Below, piece by piece: positions 15,295 to 28,300 of a stretch of DNA of 64,000 nucleotides (position 1 is the first letter of the stretch; each line of letters opens with the position of its first letter). Source of the stretch: Trichoplax sp. H2 (lineage: Eukaryota); NCBI GenBank assembly GCA_003344405.1, contig NOWV01000024.1, positions 558,001 to 622,000 on the forward strand, read 5' to 3'. Below the pieces are notes generated by a model. The model made no database searches. It was not told the origin of the DNA and saw only the letters and a program-made list of their open reading frames with translations. Both the position numbers and the translations under genes were made by a program.

Positions 15295-16740
15295 CTGTGA
15301 ATACAATTATAATAAACTTTTCATAAATGTCACTTATTAATCTCTTGTAGGACGTTTTTCAATGATTAATGTACATGTTGTATCAATGCACGTAGCAATA
15401 ATGAACATTTTAGCAATGTTATTTAGCTTAAAGCCTAATGCATTTCACTGTACTGAATCGATATACAGTATGGATATAACAATCCTGTGACTATTTTATA
15501 AATAAATGTCATTTATTTATTTTGAAATCTATTGCAATATTATTTCAACATATAATATGTTTTACACGTTGTTTAACATATAATGTGTTTTACACATTGT
15601 ATCAACGCATGTAGCAAAAATGAGTATTTTAGAAATATCATTCAGTCTAAACCCTAACATACTTTATACGGTCCTGAATCTATATACAGTATGAATATGA
15701 CAACCCTGTGACTATTTTATAAATAAATATTATTTCTTTATTTTTAAAATCTCTTATGATATTTTTTCAAGATGTAATGTGTTTATCACATTGCATCAAT
15801 GCGTGTAGCCATAATGAACATTTGAGAAATATTATTCAGCCTAAACCTAAGTAAACCCAAATATACTTTACTGTCCTGAATCGATATACAATATAGGTAT
15901 AACGATCTTGTGACTACTTTATAAATAAATGCTACTTATATATTTTTATTTATTTTATGTTATGATATTTTTCTCAATGCTTAACGTGGTGTATATGTTG
16001 TATCAATGCATGTCGCAATAATGAACATTTTAGAAATGTCATTCAGCCTTAATCCTAATATACCTAATACTGTCCTGGATCGATGTACACTTCTACAGCC
16101 TAGATATAGAAATCCTATGACTATTTTATAAGTAAATATTATTTATTTATTTTTGAAATCGCTTGTTGCGATATTTTTGCCAATGTTTAATGTGGTGTAT
16201 ATGTTGTATCAATGCATGTCGCAACAATGAACATTTTAAAAATGTCATTCAGCCTAGATCCTAATATACTTTACTGCGCTGCATCGATATAAACTTCTAC
16301 AGCCTGGATATAGTAATCCTTTGACTATTTTATAAGTAAATATTATTTATTTATTTTTGAAATCGCTTGTTGTGATATTTTTGTCTATGTTTAATGTGGT
16401 GGTGCACATGTTGTATCAATGCATGGAGCAATCATGAACATTTTAGTAATGTTATTTAGCTTCATTAAAGCCTAGCAGCTTGGATATAACAATCCTGTGA
16501 CTATTTCATGAAATAAATGTTATTTATTTATAGTTGAAATCGCTTGTTGTGATATTTTGCCAAAGTTGAATGTGGTGGTGCACATGTTGTATCAATGCAT
16601 GGAGCAATCATGAACAGTTTAATAATGTTATTTAGCTTCATTAAAGCCTAGCAGCTTGGATATAGCAATGCTGCGACTATTTCCTGAAATAAATGTTATT
16701 TATTTAGTTTTGAAATCGCTTGTTATGATATTTTGCAATG
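15295..16740. repeat. AT-rich tandem repeat, about 7 diverged units of about 175-220 bp
   Basis: Core TTGTATCAATGCATG..GCAATAATGAACATTTTAG and GACTATTTTATAAATAAATG..ATTTATTTATTTT recur near 15376, 15596, 15790, 15996, 16201, 16409 and 16584. Confidence 0.95.
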
Positions 16741-16805
16741 TCGACTGCACTTAGGAATTATGCTTGCAGTACTAGTATTAAACCATGGACGATCCTGTCG
16801 GCTAG

Positions 16806-16895
16806 AGTGTACAGTGTATAGACTACAGTACAAGACTGTACAGCAGAGTGTGCAGTACTGTATGCAAACGGTACTGCTAAGACACTGCACACTGT
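16806..16895. repeat. GTAC/ACAGT/ACTGT-rich low-complexity tract upstream of the RSBN1-like gene
   Basis: GTGTACAGTGTATAGACTACAGTACAAGACTGTACAGCAGAGTGTGCAGTACTGTA seen directly. Confidence 0.7.
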
Positions 16896-17036
16896 TTCAT
16901 CAATCCTAGTATGTGCAAAAATAATGTCACCCCGATGATGCCTCGATTACATTCTACAATAGGCGTCTATGATCCACGTTAGGTGACATCAGTTTCTTTT
17001 TTTACAGCATAGGACTAGTCCATCGTATGGCACTGG

Positions 17037-17056
17037 CGTACAGACGTACAGACGTA
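17037..17056. promoter_or_regulatory. Candidate promoter motif CGTACAGACGTA, two overlapping copies
   Basis: The same 12-mer occurs at 30744-30755, upstream of the WAC-DDT gene. Here it lies in a GC/CpG-richer stretch about 390 bp before the RSBN1-like ATG. Function is inferred only. Confidence 0.4.
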
Positions 17057-17430
17057 CGGTAGCGGACAAAACCAGGAGGTGGAGCTATCCATTCGTAACC
17101 GGCCGCCATACTATACTCTATGCAGCGGCGTCATGACCAAGTCATACAATAGAATAGTGTAGGAAAACTTGGGGCCCTTAGAAACTGCCTGTTTGTATCG
17201 GACGTGCCGTGGACTTAACGCTGCCTCCACTTTTCAAATTTAATTACTCGACAAGCTCCATTGCTGGGCGATTTTCCCTACTACTATATCGATTAAAACG
17301 CTAATTGGATGGGAAATTAATCGACGATGGACTCTTGAAGCCAATCGATCCAAGCAATCACTCATACTACGACCACATCTTTTGCCTGCTATACTTTGGA
17401 TGATTCACTGACAGCTAAGAAATTGCCATC

Positions 17431-20164
17431 ATGAATGATATCCATCCAGTCAAACAAGATCATAACACGAGCATTAAAAATGGTGGCGCAACCACGGTGT
17501 CTTCTCTTCCTCTTTGTAAGTTGAGCTGCTCTCTTCTCCACTTTAAATTGGATAAAATTGGTGATATGACTCAATTCTTGACCTCTTGCAACAGTATCAT
17601 CTGTTGGATTTGCCTACTATACTATATAAGGAGTCCATGTATTGCATGATTCAATTGGAATTTTTTTTTTCTTTCTTTTACATTCATGGGGGAGGAGGGA
17701 TGATATACAGTATACACATTATATGATTTTCCTTTTCATCCTCTTATCAATGATCGATCCTATCCATCATGACAGTAGAATCCTGTCCGAAATTTTATTT
17801 TATTCTTTTCTTACAGGGATTTATGAATATTACTGTAAGAATAAAGTCATTTAAATCAAATCTGTATCATTAGTTCTACTTGCATTTCTTTTAACTTGAA
17901 GAACTAATCATGCCGATTGAAAGTGGAAGATAGGATTGCTTTTTAATTATAATTACAGCTCAAACTCTTCATCATAATTTTAGAATCAGGATTTTTTTTT
18001 TCTCTCTCTCTCTCATATAATCATGGTTCTCATTGATCTCCTTTATCGAATTAGATACCACTCCAACCATGTATCAAGCCAATAAAATGTATGTTGAAAC
18101 CTCCAGTAATGGAGGAGCATCGGTTTTACACGCTTATACATTTCAACCCACGCGATGTGATGATATTGTTGAAGAATTTATGCAAGATTTCTTCAACGAA
18201 TTATTCTTCGGCCATACTCATTATGTCATGGGTATTATCCACAATGCAGCCTCTTATTTGCCAGATCCAATTGATTATTTAGCTCAACATTATCCACAAA
18301 TGACTGTTCGATATCAGTTATTTGGCCGTAAAGATGTCGATTCTATTACGACTAGTCAATTCCAACAACGAGTCCATGACACTTATATCAATGGTACTTA
18401 TCGAGCCGGTCCGCTATTACAATTAAGTTTAGTGGGTACAGTCCAAGAAGAAATTGGTGGTTATATGCCGGAATTTCTCAATCTATTGCAGCGTTCACCT
18501 GTTTTAGCGCCTGTTATGCCATGGGGAAAGTTGTCCAATTTAAAGTTAAACTCAAGATGTGATAGTGATGATGGTCCCATTTTATGGGTACGTCCTGGTG
18601 AACAAATTGTTCCCGCTACCGATCTGGCCAAGTCTCCTCACAAGAAGCGCAAGTAAGGTTACCTAACGTTATGCTGCTGTTTACGCATAGACTAGTTGCA
18701 ATGCTTTCCTTTCATAAATTGAAATGGTTAAAGTTAATTTACTAACGCGTACCTATTCACTCTCCATCAATCATCATGACAGTGGGCATCTTGAGTTCAA
18801 TTGGACTCGCGATTGCATCAACACTCAGTAACTAGAAAACATATATTGAACAACCAAACGTCTCGTTGATGGCGGACAGTGAAGCATAGTTGATTTTGAA
18901 ATTAGTCTTCCTAGCCATTTTTTGTACCTTCCGCGTAATTAGACACTGAGGCTGGATTGCATAGAGATAATCGCTGGCAATATTGATTATTTCCACTGTT
19001 TTTTTTTATAGTACAGTATTATTATTGTTATCATAAAAACGGCATGTTTAGTCAATTCAATTTAGATACAATATCTATATTTTATCTATACGGTAGACCA
19101 TGATACGGCATTAAGATTAAGAGAATATAGTAAGGAGGATATTGATTCAAGCCCTTCTCTTCTAGTCATTAGACATGAATTATTTATAAAATTGCACTCG
19201 CTTATGAACAGGACACAGTCAGAATCATTTATTTTCATCTATTTTCTTTCCACTTGATTAGGACGGGTAATAATGAACTTCGCAATTTATACTCGCTTAC
19301 GCGTGTCAATGCTCCACGAGAAAGTTTACTCGAAGATAGGACTTATTGCCATGCGGACCATGTTGGACATGGCCTCGATCGAAACACTACTGCAGCTGTA
19401 GGATTATTGAAAGCTGTTCATTGTGGTGCTAGGTAAAGTTCGACAATATTAAAAAATAAATGGGGATAAAACTACCATCTTTGCAATTTTCCTGCTGTTT
19501 TTCCTAATGGATAAAGCTTGAGTCTACACTTTTATAGTTGTAAAAAGTAGCAAAGGTCCTTGGAGACGATTTTAAATATCCTATTTCCACTTTTCCTTTA
19601 TAGCTATTCCACAAATAGGATAGTTAAAGATGTTGTTGCCTTTCATCCAGATGACTTTGAAAGTGTTGCCACAAAATTGCAGTTAGATTTGTACGAGCCT
19701 CCTGCCTCACAGGTAAATATTCAATCGTCATCAACAGTTAGGCTATTTGATTATATAATACAAAATTACTATAATTTAATCTGCTTAATTGACGTAAAAT
19801 GTTCATGTTTGAAATATGGACTATACTTCTGTATTTTGCACGATGGCATGTCCGCTAATTAACTACATTTTCCTTTAGCCAATGACCCCATCTGTATACT
19901 CATTTTCTCGTCAACTGATAGCTGAATATTTTTTATTTCTTCTAGTGCGTTCAATGGGTTGAAGATGGTAAATTAAATCAGCTTCTTCGTGAAGGAGTTC
20001 GATATGCTCGTATTCAATTATGTGATAACGATATCTATTTCATACCTCGCAACGTTATCCATCAATTCAAGACAGTATCAGCTTGCACCAGCATCGCTTG
20101 GCATCTTCGACATAAAGCGTATTACGACAACAGTTCAACGACAGATGACATTAATACACCATAA
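17431..20164 (+). CDS. RSBN1: RSBN1/RSBN1L (KDM9, DPY-21-type) JmjC histone H4K20 demethylase homolog, 5 exons, about 393 aa
   Basis: Exons 17431-17515, 18055-18652, 19262-19432, 19604-19712, 19946-20164 are GT-AG and phase-compatible (1182 nt). Family motifs: [86 protein letters not shown]. Exon 1 is the least certain. Confidence 0.92.
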
Positions 20165-22357
20165 CTGCTAATTTAACAATCATGTAATTATTATTTTTCC
20201 CTTTGGTATTAGAAAACACAAAAGTAGGACAATTTATTCTATTTTAATTCAAAGTATCATTTAAAGCTTACACTTTTACCTTTCACCTATGCTGACTTAC
20301 CACGAATGAAATCTGTAGTATACTTGTTTACTGTAGATTGATCATTTCCGAATACTTCTCTCTTACTTTTCTGACATAATGTATATGCATCCCAGAGTTG
20401 AGTATAAAATCTTCAATCTTTTATCTTGCTTTTAACCTTACAGAATTTATTACTATATATAGAAGATAATACAAATTTCCTAATGACTTCATTACGGAAA
20501 AGAAATTGACATTTATAAATCTTTGAGCTTCTACACGTATTAAAATAACTCTTCTATTTGTCAAAATGATATTGTAATAATTATTTTAAGTTATTCTAAA
20601 TTAACTGTCTATGGCTTTCTGTATAGTATTGATGATAATCCTTAATACACGTTAATGCTACAGAATCTTTCAAACTCAAAGTCATTGTATAAAGATATTT
20701 GAAACTTCGTAAATTACTTGATGATATTATATAATTATATATGTACATGATGTGTTTTGGCCTTCATTTACATACTTTATTTAACAACTAATTAAAGACA
20801 AGTTTAATTATCTGTAATTATTTGCAAAGAATAGAGATATAATCAACTATAGCTGATAACTTTATCCATGTACCACATCATAGAAATTTTAACAGTCAGA
20901 AACTGCGTATCTGTAAAGTAATTGTGAATTAAATGTACAAGGTTAATCGAAATAGAGTTGCAGTTCTATTGATCTTGTACCATATAACACTGTACGTTTA
21001 TAACCTTTGGTGCTACTGTTACTAGTGACAACGTATTTAGTAGATACTCCTACTGTACTTTCAAATTGATAGCACTGAATAATTTAGTCTAACCATTCGA
21101 GAGCAATTAGTTTTGTTGTGAATGTTCTTTGCAGCCTTCTTAGTAGAACTCTTACGCTATGATTTTTAGACGTACATATTTAGCTAATTTATCAATTTAA
21201 CTGCAATGATTTCTTAAGGATTGGTAACAATCCACAAATTATTTCTCTTGTTGATATTAATCTAACTATAGAATGAAACTAGCAAAATTTCGATTATAAT
21301 TTAGCAATATATGGCCACTTTGTTATGTGCAACTGTGTTCAATTGAAGACTACGATATAACGTCCATTTAATATTGTTAACTGTGAAACTATAGATATGA
21401 AGTTATTCGTTCGCCATCTGCAGGATTTCCTAATTGTTGTGAATGTTGTACAAATTTGAAATGTAATATTCTGTTCCCTCATAGCTTTATATGTTCGTTA
21501 CTTTATTTAACATTAAAATAAAGTGAAACTTGCTGGAAATGACTGCGTAACTCGTTCTTAAACCGATGCCTTGATATACGAGTACCACACACCTTGAACA
21601 TTAGCTTTGTTCTCGTATATGGCTATGTAGATATTGGTAAGAAGCTATTGGGTATTATTGACGTCTCATTCCCTACTTTCCAATAACTTTCTGTAGAATA
21701 TACTACACTTTTAAGTCTTTGTCCTTCGATAGCTTAGCATAGCATGGAATCTTCAATCATATAATTATAGACACAATTACGACGAAGAGTATAGTAATTT
21801 CAATTTAAAGACAAAAAATTAGCATGTATCAGGTTTTAATGCACATTCATAGATACTAAGTCATCCGCTGTGATAACATGCACAAAACATCAAACGTATA
21901 ACTCATCAATCATGTACACCAGTGTATATATACACATGGAAATTTTAATTTCTTTTCTACCATTCGCCAATTGTCACATTTTCCATGATCGTACAAAAAC
22001 ATATCGCTAACAAATCAAAATCGTAACGGCTGAGAATATTCTCGAAGCCATCTCATTTCTGATGATTTATCAATTTCAGCTCGTTCATGAATACCAACAA
22101 ATCACTACAAACAAGACAGAAATATTTCCAGAAAATCAGAATAATATCATACTCTATAACACATCCTTTATATACGTGCACTGTACAAAGAGTTAGATTT
22201 TCAAATTGACTGTAAGATATGACTGACAAGTTTACGTTATTTACACAATCAAGCTCAATCCTGAACGGAAATATACACTATTGGTTAACAGTATAATTAT
22301 AAATTAAGTAAGTGCTAAAAAAATACTGGTTCTTGTGTATGATCTATAGATCTGTCT

Positions 22358-25300
22358 TTATTGATTTGCATATTTGTTTTCATAGCCCAAGTAAGGCTTC
22401 TCGCGAAGAATAGATTGTAATCGAGCGCTATGTCTGCATTCCGTTAACTTTCTGATATCCTAAGGACATCCATAAAAATCATGTATTTTATTATTTCTAA
22501 GAATCCATATTACGTTAAACGATATAAGCTGAAAATAAATAGCAATCTTACGTCAATTTGCTTCTGCATAATTGCTGATAGATTATCTTTATCACGAATT
22601 AAATTATTATACAATTCCTTTTCATTTTCATTCTTTAGACCTTTACTTTTTAGGTGCATTATTAACGTTTCCAACTAAAATAGTTGCCCAATCCAGTAAA
22701 AGGTAAGGTTACCAATGAATCTAAGTAAAATACGATCATTCGCTACAGCTTACCTCTTTAGGCGTGCAGTAGTACATCCATTGACCATTCTCGTCTTCGA
22801 CATACAGCTTACCGATCGGAAAGCTACCATCAAAACCCCAGTATCTTCTATTACTGCTGTCTCGCCCAATAAAGGGGTGACGAAGAAAAGATACTTGAAT
22901 TGATGTAGCATTGAGAAACCGAGTTTCCTGCAATGATGATAAATTTTTCAAAATCAGTTCATTACACCTATTAAGCGTCAAGTATGAAACTAGGATGTGA
23001 TAAATTAGTTACTAATCAAGATGGTTAATTAAAGTTATGATTAATGGAAGAGTTACTCACTTTTCTTTTCAGTTGTTGTTCTTCAAATGCGCGATCCTTA
23101 TAAAATAAATTAATAAAACAACATAGTCGATATAACAACAGCAGTCTTCTCAATGCTATAAATAAATTCATGCGACCTAAATATGCTCAAAAATTAAAAT
23201 TCACGGGCTATTCATTAACTGTACGTACCACTACCGAAACAGGCTTACTCTCATTTTCTGTCATCTGATTTTCTTTATCGTCGGTGGACTCAGGAGTACT
23301 ACTTCTACAGTTGTGAAGATGAATAAAGCTAAAGTTATATTTCATCGGTAACTAAATCTACGACACCAAGATTGATTACTAATAGGTTTGAAGCTTAGAA
23401 ACTGACTCATTTATTTGACTTTCAGTCGAATCAGCAAGATTGTTAACAGATTTGTTCTCCTTTATCCTGTTCAAGATGATGTATATTTATTACTAATCTT
23501 AGATTTATTATTTTTGGTGGAACAACGGCTTTTGACAACTCAAGCAATAAATTTTCTTTAATTACTTTTTCATTACGTCAGCTTTTTCTACTCGCCACGA
23601 TCTCTTTAAGTCATGCAAATCGCCAACTGCGTCTTCCAAGCATTGACGAATGGTAACAGATTCCAAAACTAAGTCTATCAATACTCTGTTATATATAAAT
23701 TTAATAAGTTACAAATTAGTGAAGTAAGGACAAGACCCATAACTTGATATTGAAAATAGGGAATAATTAGCAGAGCACGTTACCTCAATAGCTGAACACG
23801 CGCTTCGAAGGCAGAAAATGAAAACGAAAATCTATTGCAATTATTATTTACCAAGTATTGAATGGATTCAGGAATATCGACAGTAATGCCTAATAAAATC
23901 AATTGACGAACGATGTCACTTCAAGTTTCAAGGTAATTCTTATAACTTTAGATTTACAGATACTTAAATCAATGAAAAACAACAGGCTCGCAGATATTAC
24001 GTATTACCACTTTCACGCATTCCTTGTAAATAGACAACGACAGCTCGTTCCCAATTATGGTTATTTATTACGCGATAATTTCTTAAATTCTTCAAGCAAT
24101 TGTAATCAAATTTTAATAAAAATTAAGTTTGAATTATCCCTGAAAACAGCGATCAAATCATACTTCTTTTGATTGAAAATTGTCCGGCACTTCATCGAAA
24201 AGAATTGACAGTAGACAGCTAAACGCTACATAGAATACGAGTACATTATAAATTTCAGTGCTACTGGCATTTCCATAATAGCTCTAATGATGAACTTACA
24301 ATGTACTATCAAATCGCACAAAGGTGAACCATTCGTTAAATCTAAGACGTAAATTGATACAACGAATGTTAGCATCAATTACCTTACCGTATGACACCTA
24401 CACAAGAATTTACAGAAAATTACAAAGTCATTGCTAATTGCTAACCTGTTTGAGCAAAGGCTAACTGGAGATGATCGAATGGGAATGGGTATAACTTGAT
24501 ACATTTACTATTATGATATATGAGGTGTCATTAGTAAACTATAACCCAACTACCTTAAAAATTGCCAATACCTAAATGTATTCAGAAATTTCCATGACAT
24601 CAGTAGGTCCCCCAGTATTTGAGGTAATGGATCACTATCTCTAGACGGAATCGGCCAATCTACTATTACTACTGTTATAGAGAAAATTTCCTCCTTTAGC
24701 ACTTCACATAGATTCATTTAATTCCGACATGATTTCTACCAGTAAAGCGTTTACAACTTAACATAACCAATTAAGCGATATACCTTTCTTCTCTTTAATT
24801 TTTGATTTACTTTTATCTCTTTTATTTTTTTCTTTCTTTTCCTTGTTCCCATTAGACTTTTTTTTTTTGACTTTACTTTTTGCGTCATCCTTACCAGACT
24901 TCAACCGTTTTATTTTCTTTGCCTTATCATCTTTCCTCTTGTTTTTATTACTTCCTGACATTTGTTTACTGCGCGATTTCGTGGCATTCTTAGTTTTAAT
25001 CTTTTTAGATTTTTTACCAGGTTCTGAATTAGCTTTTCTCTAAGCAGAAATAATGAAGAGATTTTAGTTCTACCAAATAATTCGCGACTATTGAAACAAA
25101 ACTTTATTAGGAATACTAGTAGAAACCGCTGCCAAAGATCAGTTAAGTAAATACACAGTAATTTTTAAGATAACTGATAAACGGCCAGTAAATCGGTCAA
25201 CTAAAGGCTAACTAATTATGAATTTGCTAGGTGTTTACCTTTGCTGAATCGTTAATAGATTTTCTTTGCTTTCGTAAATAGTCTTGATGAGCAGACACTA

Positions 25301-28300
25301 ACTTTTTTGGCATTTCCTTCACAATATCCCGTCATAGGATTAATTCATTTTATGTATTCAATGAAATTTGCATATCAAGTAAATATCAACTGAAGTTACC
25401 TTCACAGTCAAATTAAATTTCTTAATATATGCCTTCTTAACTATAAAAGGGCTGAAATAAATTATAGTCTAAGTGATGAGGTCTATCATTAGCAAATTAC
25501 TTTACAATTTCTAAAAGCACGCGACGTCAGTAATAAAATCTTAAATACAGCATAGCATGTAGGCTGTACAATATTACAATTTACCTATTGCGATATCGAT
25601 ATCGCTTAGTAGTTTTACATATAAATGACTTTAGCGTTGCTTTACTGGGTAATCCATTTACTCTGCAAATCAAGACATACGTAAGTAACATTATTTGTGA
25701 TGGCGAAAGCCTGAAGTACGGCAGCTTAGTTGATTATAATCATTTTAGGAGAATATCTTCTAGTCATTCAAGATTAGCAATGCAGTTTTTTTATAAGAAA
25801 AATCCGCTGGTAATTAACTGCTCTCAATTATTATATATCATGATTATTGTTCTTGTTTACTCCATACGTTACAAACGTACAATAAAACTCTTGTATTAGG
25901 TGTGTATTTTAGTTGTACTCCATAACTGATCAAGTAAAACCGTACTAAAGCCATTGCACGAAGCTTCATTAAGGTTACTATACGAGCTAATTATCAACCA
26001 TCAGTTTACTTTTATGTTAGATTATACGAATTTTAAATACCTGTTAGACTTTGCTTTCTTTATTAGATAGTCTCTTAAATCATCGATAATTTCTTTTAAG
26101 TTCTTGGTGCTATTAGCCAAAAAAAATTACAATTACAGTCTTTACTACTTTGTAAAGGTTATCTAATCTTCTAAGTCGCTAAAAGCAGAGCAAAACTTCT
26201 AAGAAACTACTAATGATACGTTATGGCTAGACAGATAAATTTGCCTATTATATTAATTATGAGTATGAATGACATCGTAAGAACCATGTCATTTTTTCAT
26301 CCAAGCAAGAAATTATTGTGGATTTACAGTATCACTTAATTCCTGAATCTGCAATAAGAACTATTAACTTTAAGCATGCACTGAAATGGGTATAAGTCAA
26401 GATTAAAGTGAGGTACTTTGGCAGGTATAGACAATATCAAATGCTAATATCAAAAGAGTGTAATGGTCACAAATATATAGCAATACGACATTTGCACTGG
26501 TAAGCAACGCTTTGAAATTTGTACCTAAATTGAACTTTAGTTAATACTGGTACAGCAAATTCTTTAGGAAGGTTGAGCGAATTAGATCTAGATAATGGCT
26601 TGACTCCTAATTCCCGCTATGATCATGATCGAAATTGTTGTTACCACAACGTAAAATATTTTTTATGTACATATCATCTTTACTTAAAGATCTAAGAATT
26701 AATACAGATGCACAGGAATTGCTTACCTTCTTCTTTGGGGTTTGCTTTGATATTCGTTTCTAAACGATAGTTAAGGTATAAAATTCACAGTTTAGCAATT
26801 GAATATCATCCTTACTGACATATTACCAAAATTAAGATATTTCTATAGTCGTAGGTTGCACCGTATCGTCTACAATAAAAACCTACCCGTGATTTCCCCA
26901 TTTTCTCCGATAAAAGTGCCTAGCGAAATCATCACAGTTAAAACTTTTGTTTCAATCATTTCATATCACATGTTTATCGCACCATCACAAAATTCACTTT
27001 ATATGAACATAGATTATTAAAATTTTGTTACGATGCAGCCAGGTATAACCAGAGTTAATACTAGAAAGGTCTCTTTCAAAGCATGCAATAATCTTATGCA
27101 CGATAACTTTGCCACTATTTTATATTAAGAGCATGAGATGAAGTGAGCCTGTGCAAAATAATATTAATCTTTTGCATCAAGACATAATTGTAAAGTTCTA
27201 GAAAGTCCTTGACTATAGGGTAAACAGCAAGCAACGCTGTTGCTAGATGACGCTTTAATCATACCTATCTACAAAATTAGAAGCTCTAAATTACATCGGA
27301 TTGCACGTTTTGTGCTTAATATTTTAAAAAATATTAAACCTTACAATGTGTTATTCGGGATCTCAAATAAGCAAAAATTCGTGGAATACCAATAGTGGGC
27401 TTAAGTTTGCTCGCAGGCCTATACTCGAAATTTAACCAATTCGACCTATCTTTGATGACCTTCACAGATTACCTTACTGAAGTGTAGGTTTGCATATTGC
27501 AAACGGCAACGAGCATTAAGAATTAAACCATGATTAAAGTACCGCTACCAATAGTGGAATTTTTGTAGAGTGCATATTTGTCGATTCGGTAAGACAAAAT
27601 TTTCTAGCAATGAAGATACCGAAGCAAGAATGCGACTTTCATACTTGCAGTAAGCACTAGAGGCGTGCAGTCAACGATATAATTAATAAAGGCTACTTAT
27701 AATAAATATATGGGCACACGATGGGCTTAAACAAACAAGCGGTCGCTATGAATCATAGAGTCGGTATATATCATAGGGAAGTGATCTTAGAGAGAGTCCG
27801 ATAGCTGTACCTTGCCAGATTATTCTTTTTGCAAGGTAGTTTGGGATGACTACCACTATCGTAGTCAAAACAAGGAAAGTGCTACACATATCCTTATACG
27901 GTAAGTATTTAAAAGAGCGTGAGCATGTTTCAATATGTTTTAAATATAACCAGAAGATTTGGTATGGGTATTTGTGCTTTTCGCATTTCATACTAGAATT
28001 ATCCAATTTCGTAATTACAACTTTAAATTTTAAAAAATCTCACTACTGTATGTACAGTACGATAGAAACAGGATTCCTGAGATATATTGAGTCCTCACCT
28101 CTTCGTATGTTAATTTATTCTTCCCAGTAACGGAACACGTCCAACACCGAGATCGATATAAATCAAGCCTTTCATAATATTTATCAATTGATTGAAAAGC
28201 CTATAATGGAGCCGAAGTTAAAATTATTATTAAGCTATCAGAACGCTGTTAGTATTTCATTTTAATTTTCTACATCAAAGATTCTATCAAAAGTAAGCTA

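Noticed and set aside
24758..25043. Stand-alone Lys-rich ORF (-) and hydrophobic Phe/Leu ORF (+)
   Set aside because: The Lys-rich frame is an internal exon (25039-24784) of the WAC-DDT gene; the + ORF is its antisense shadow.
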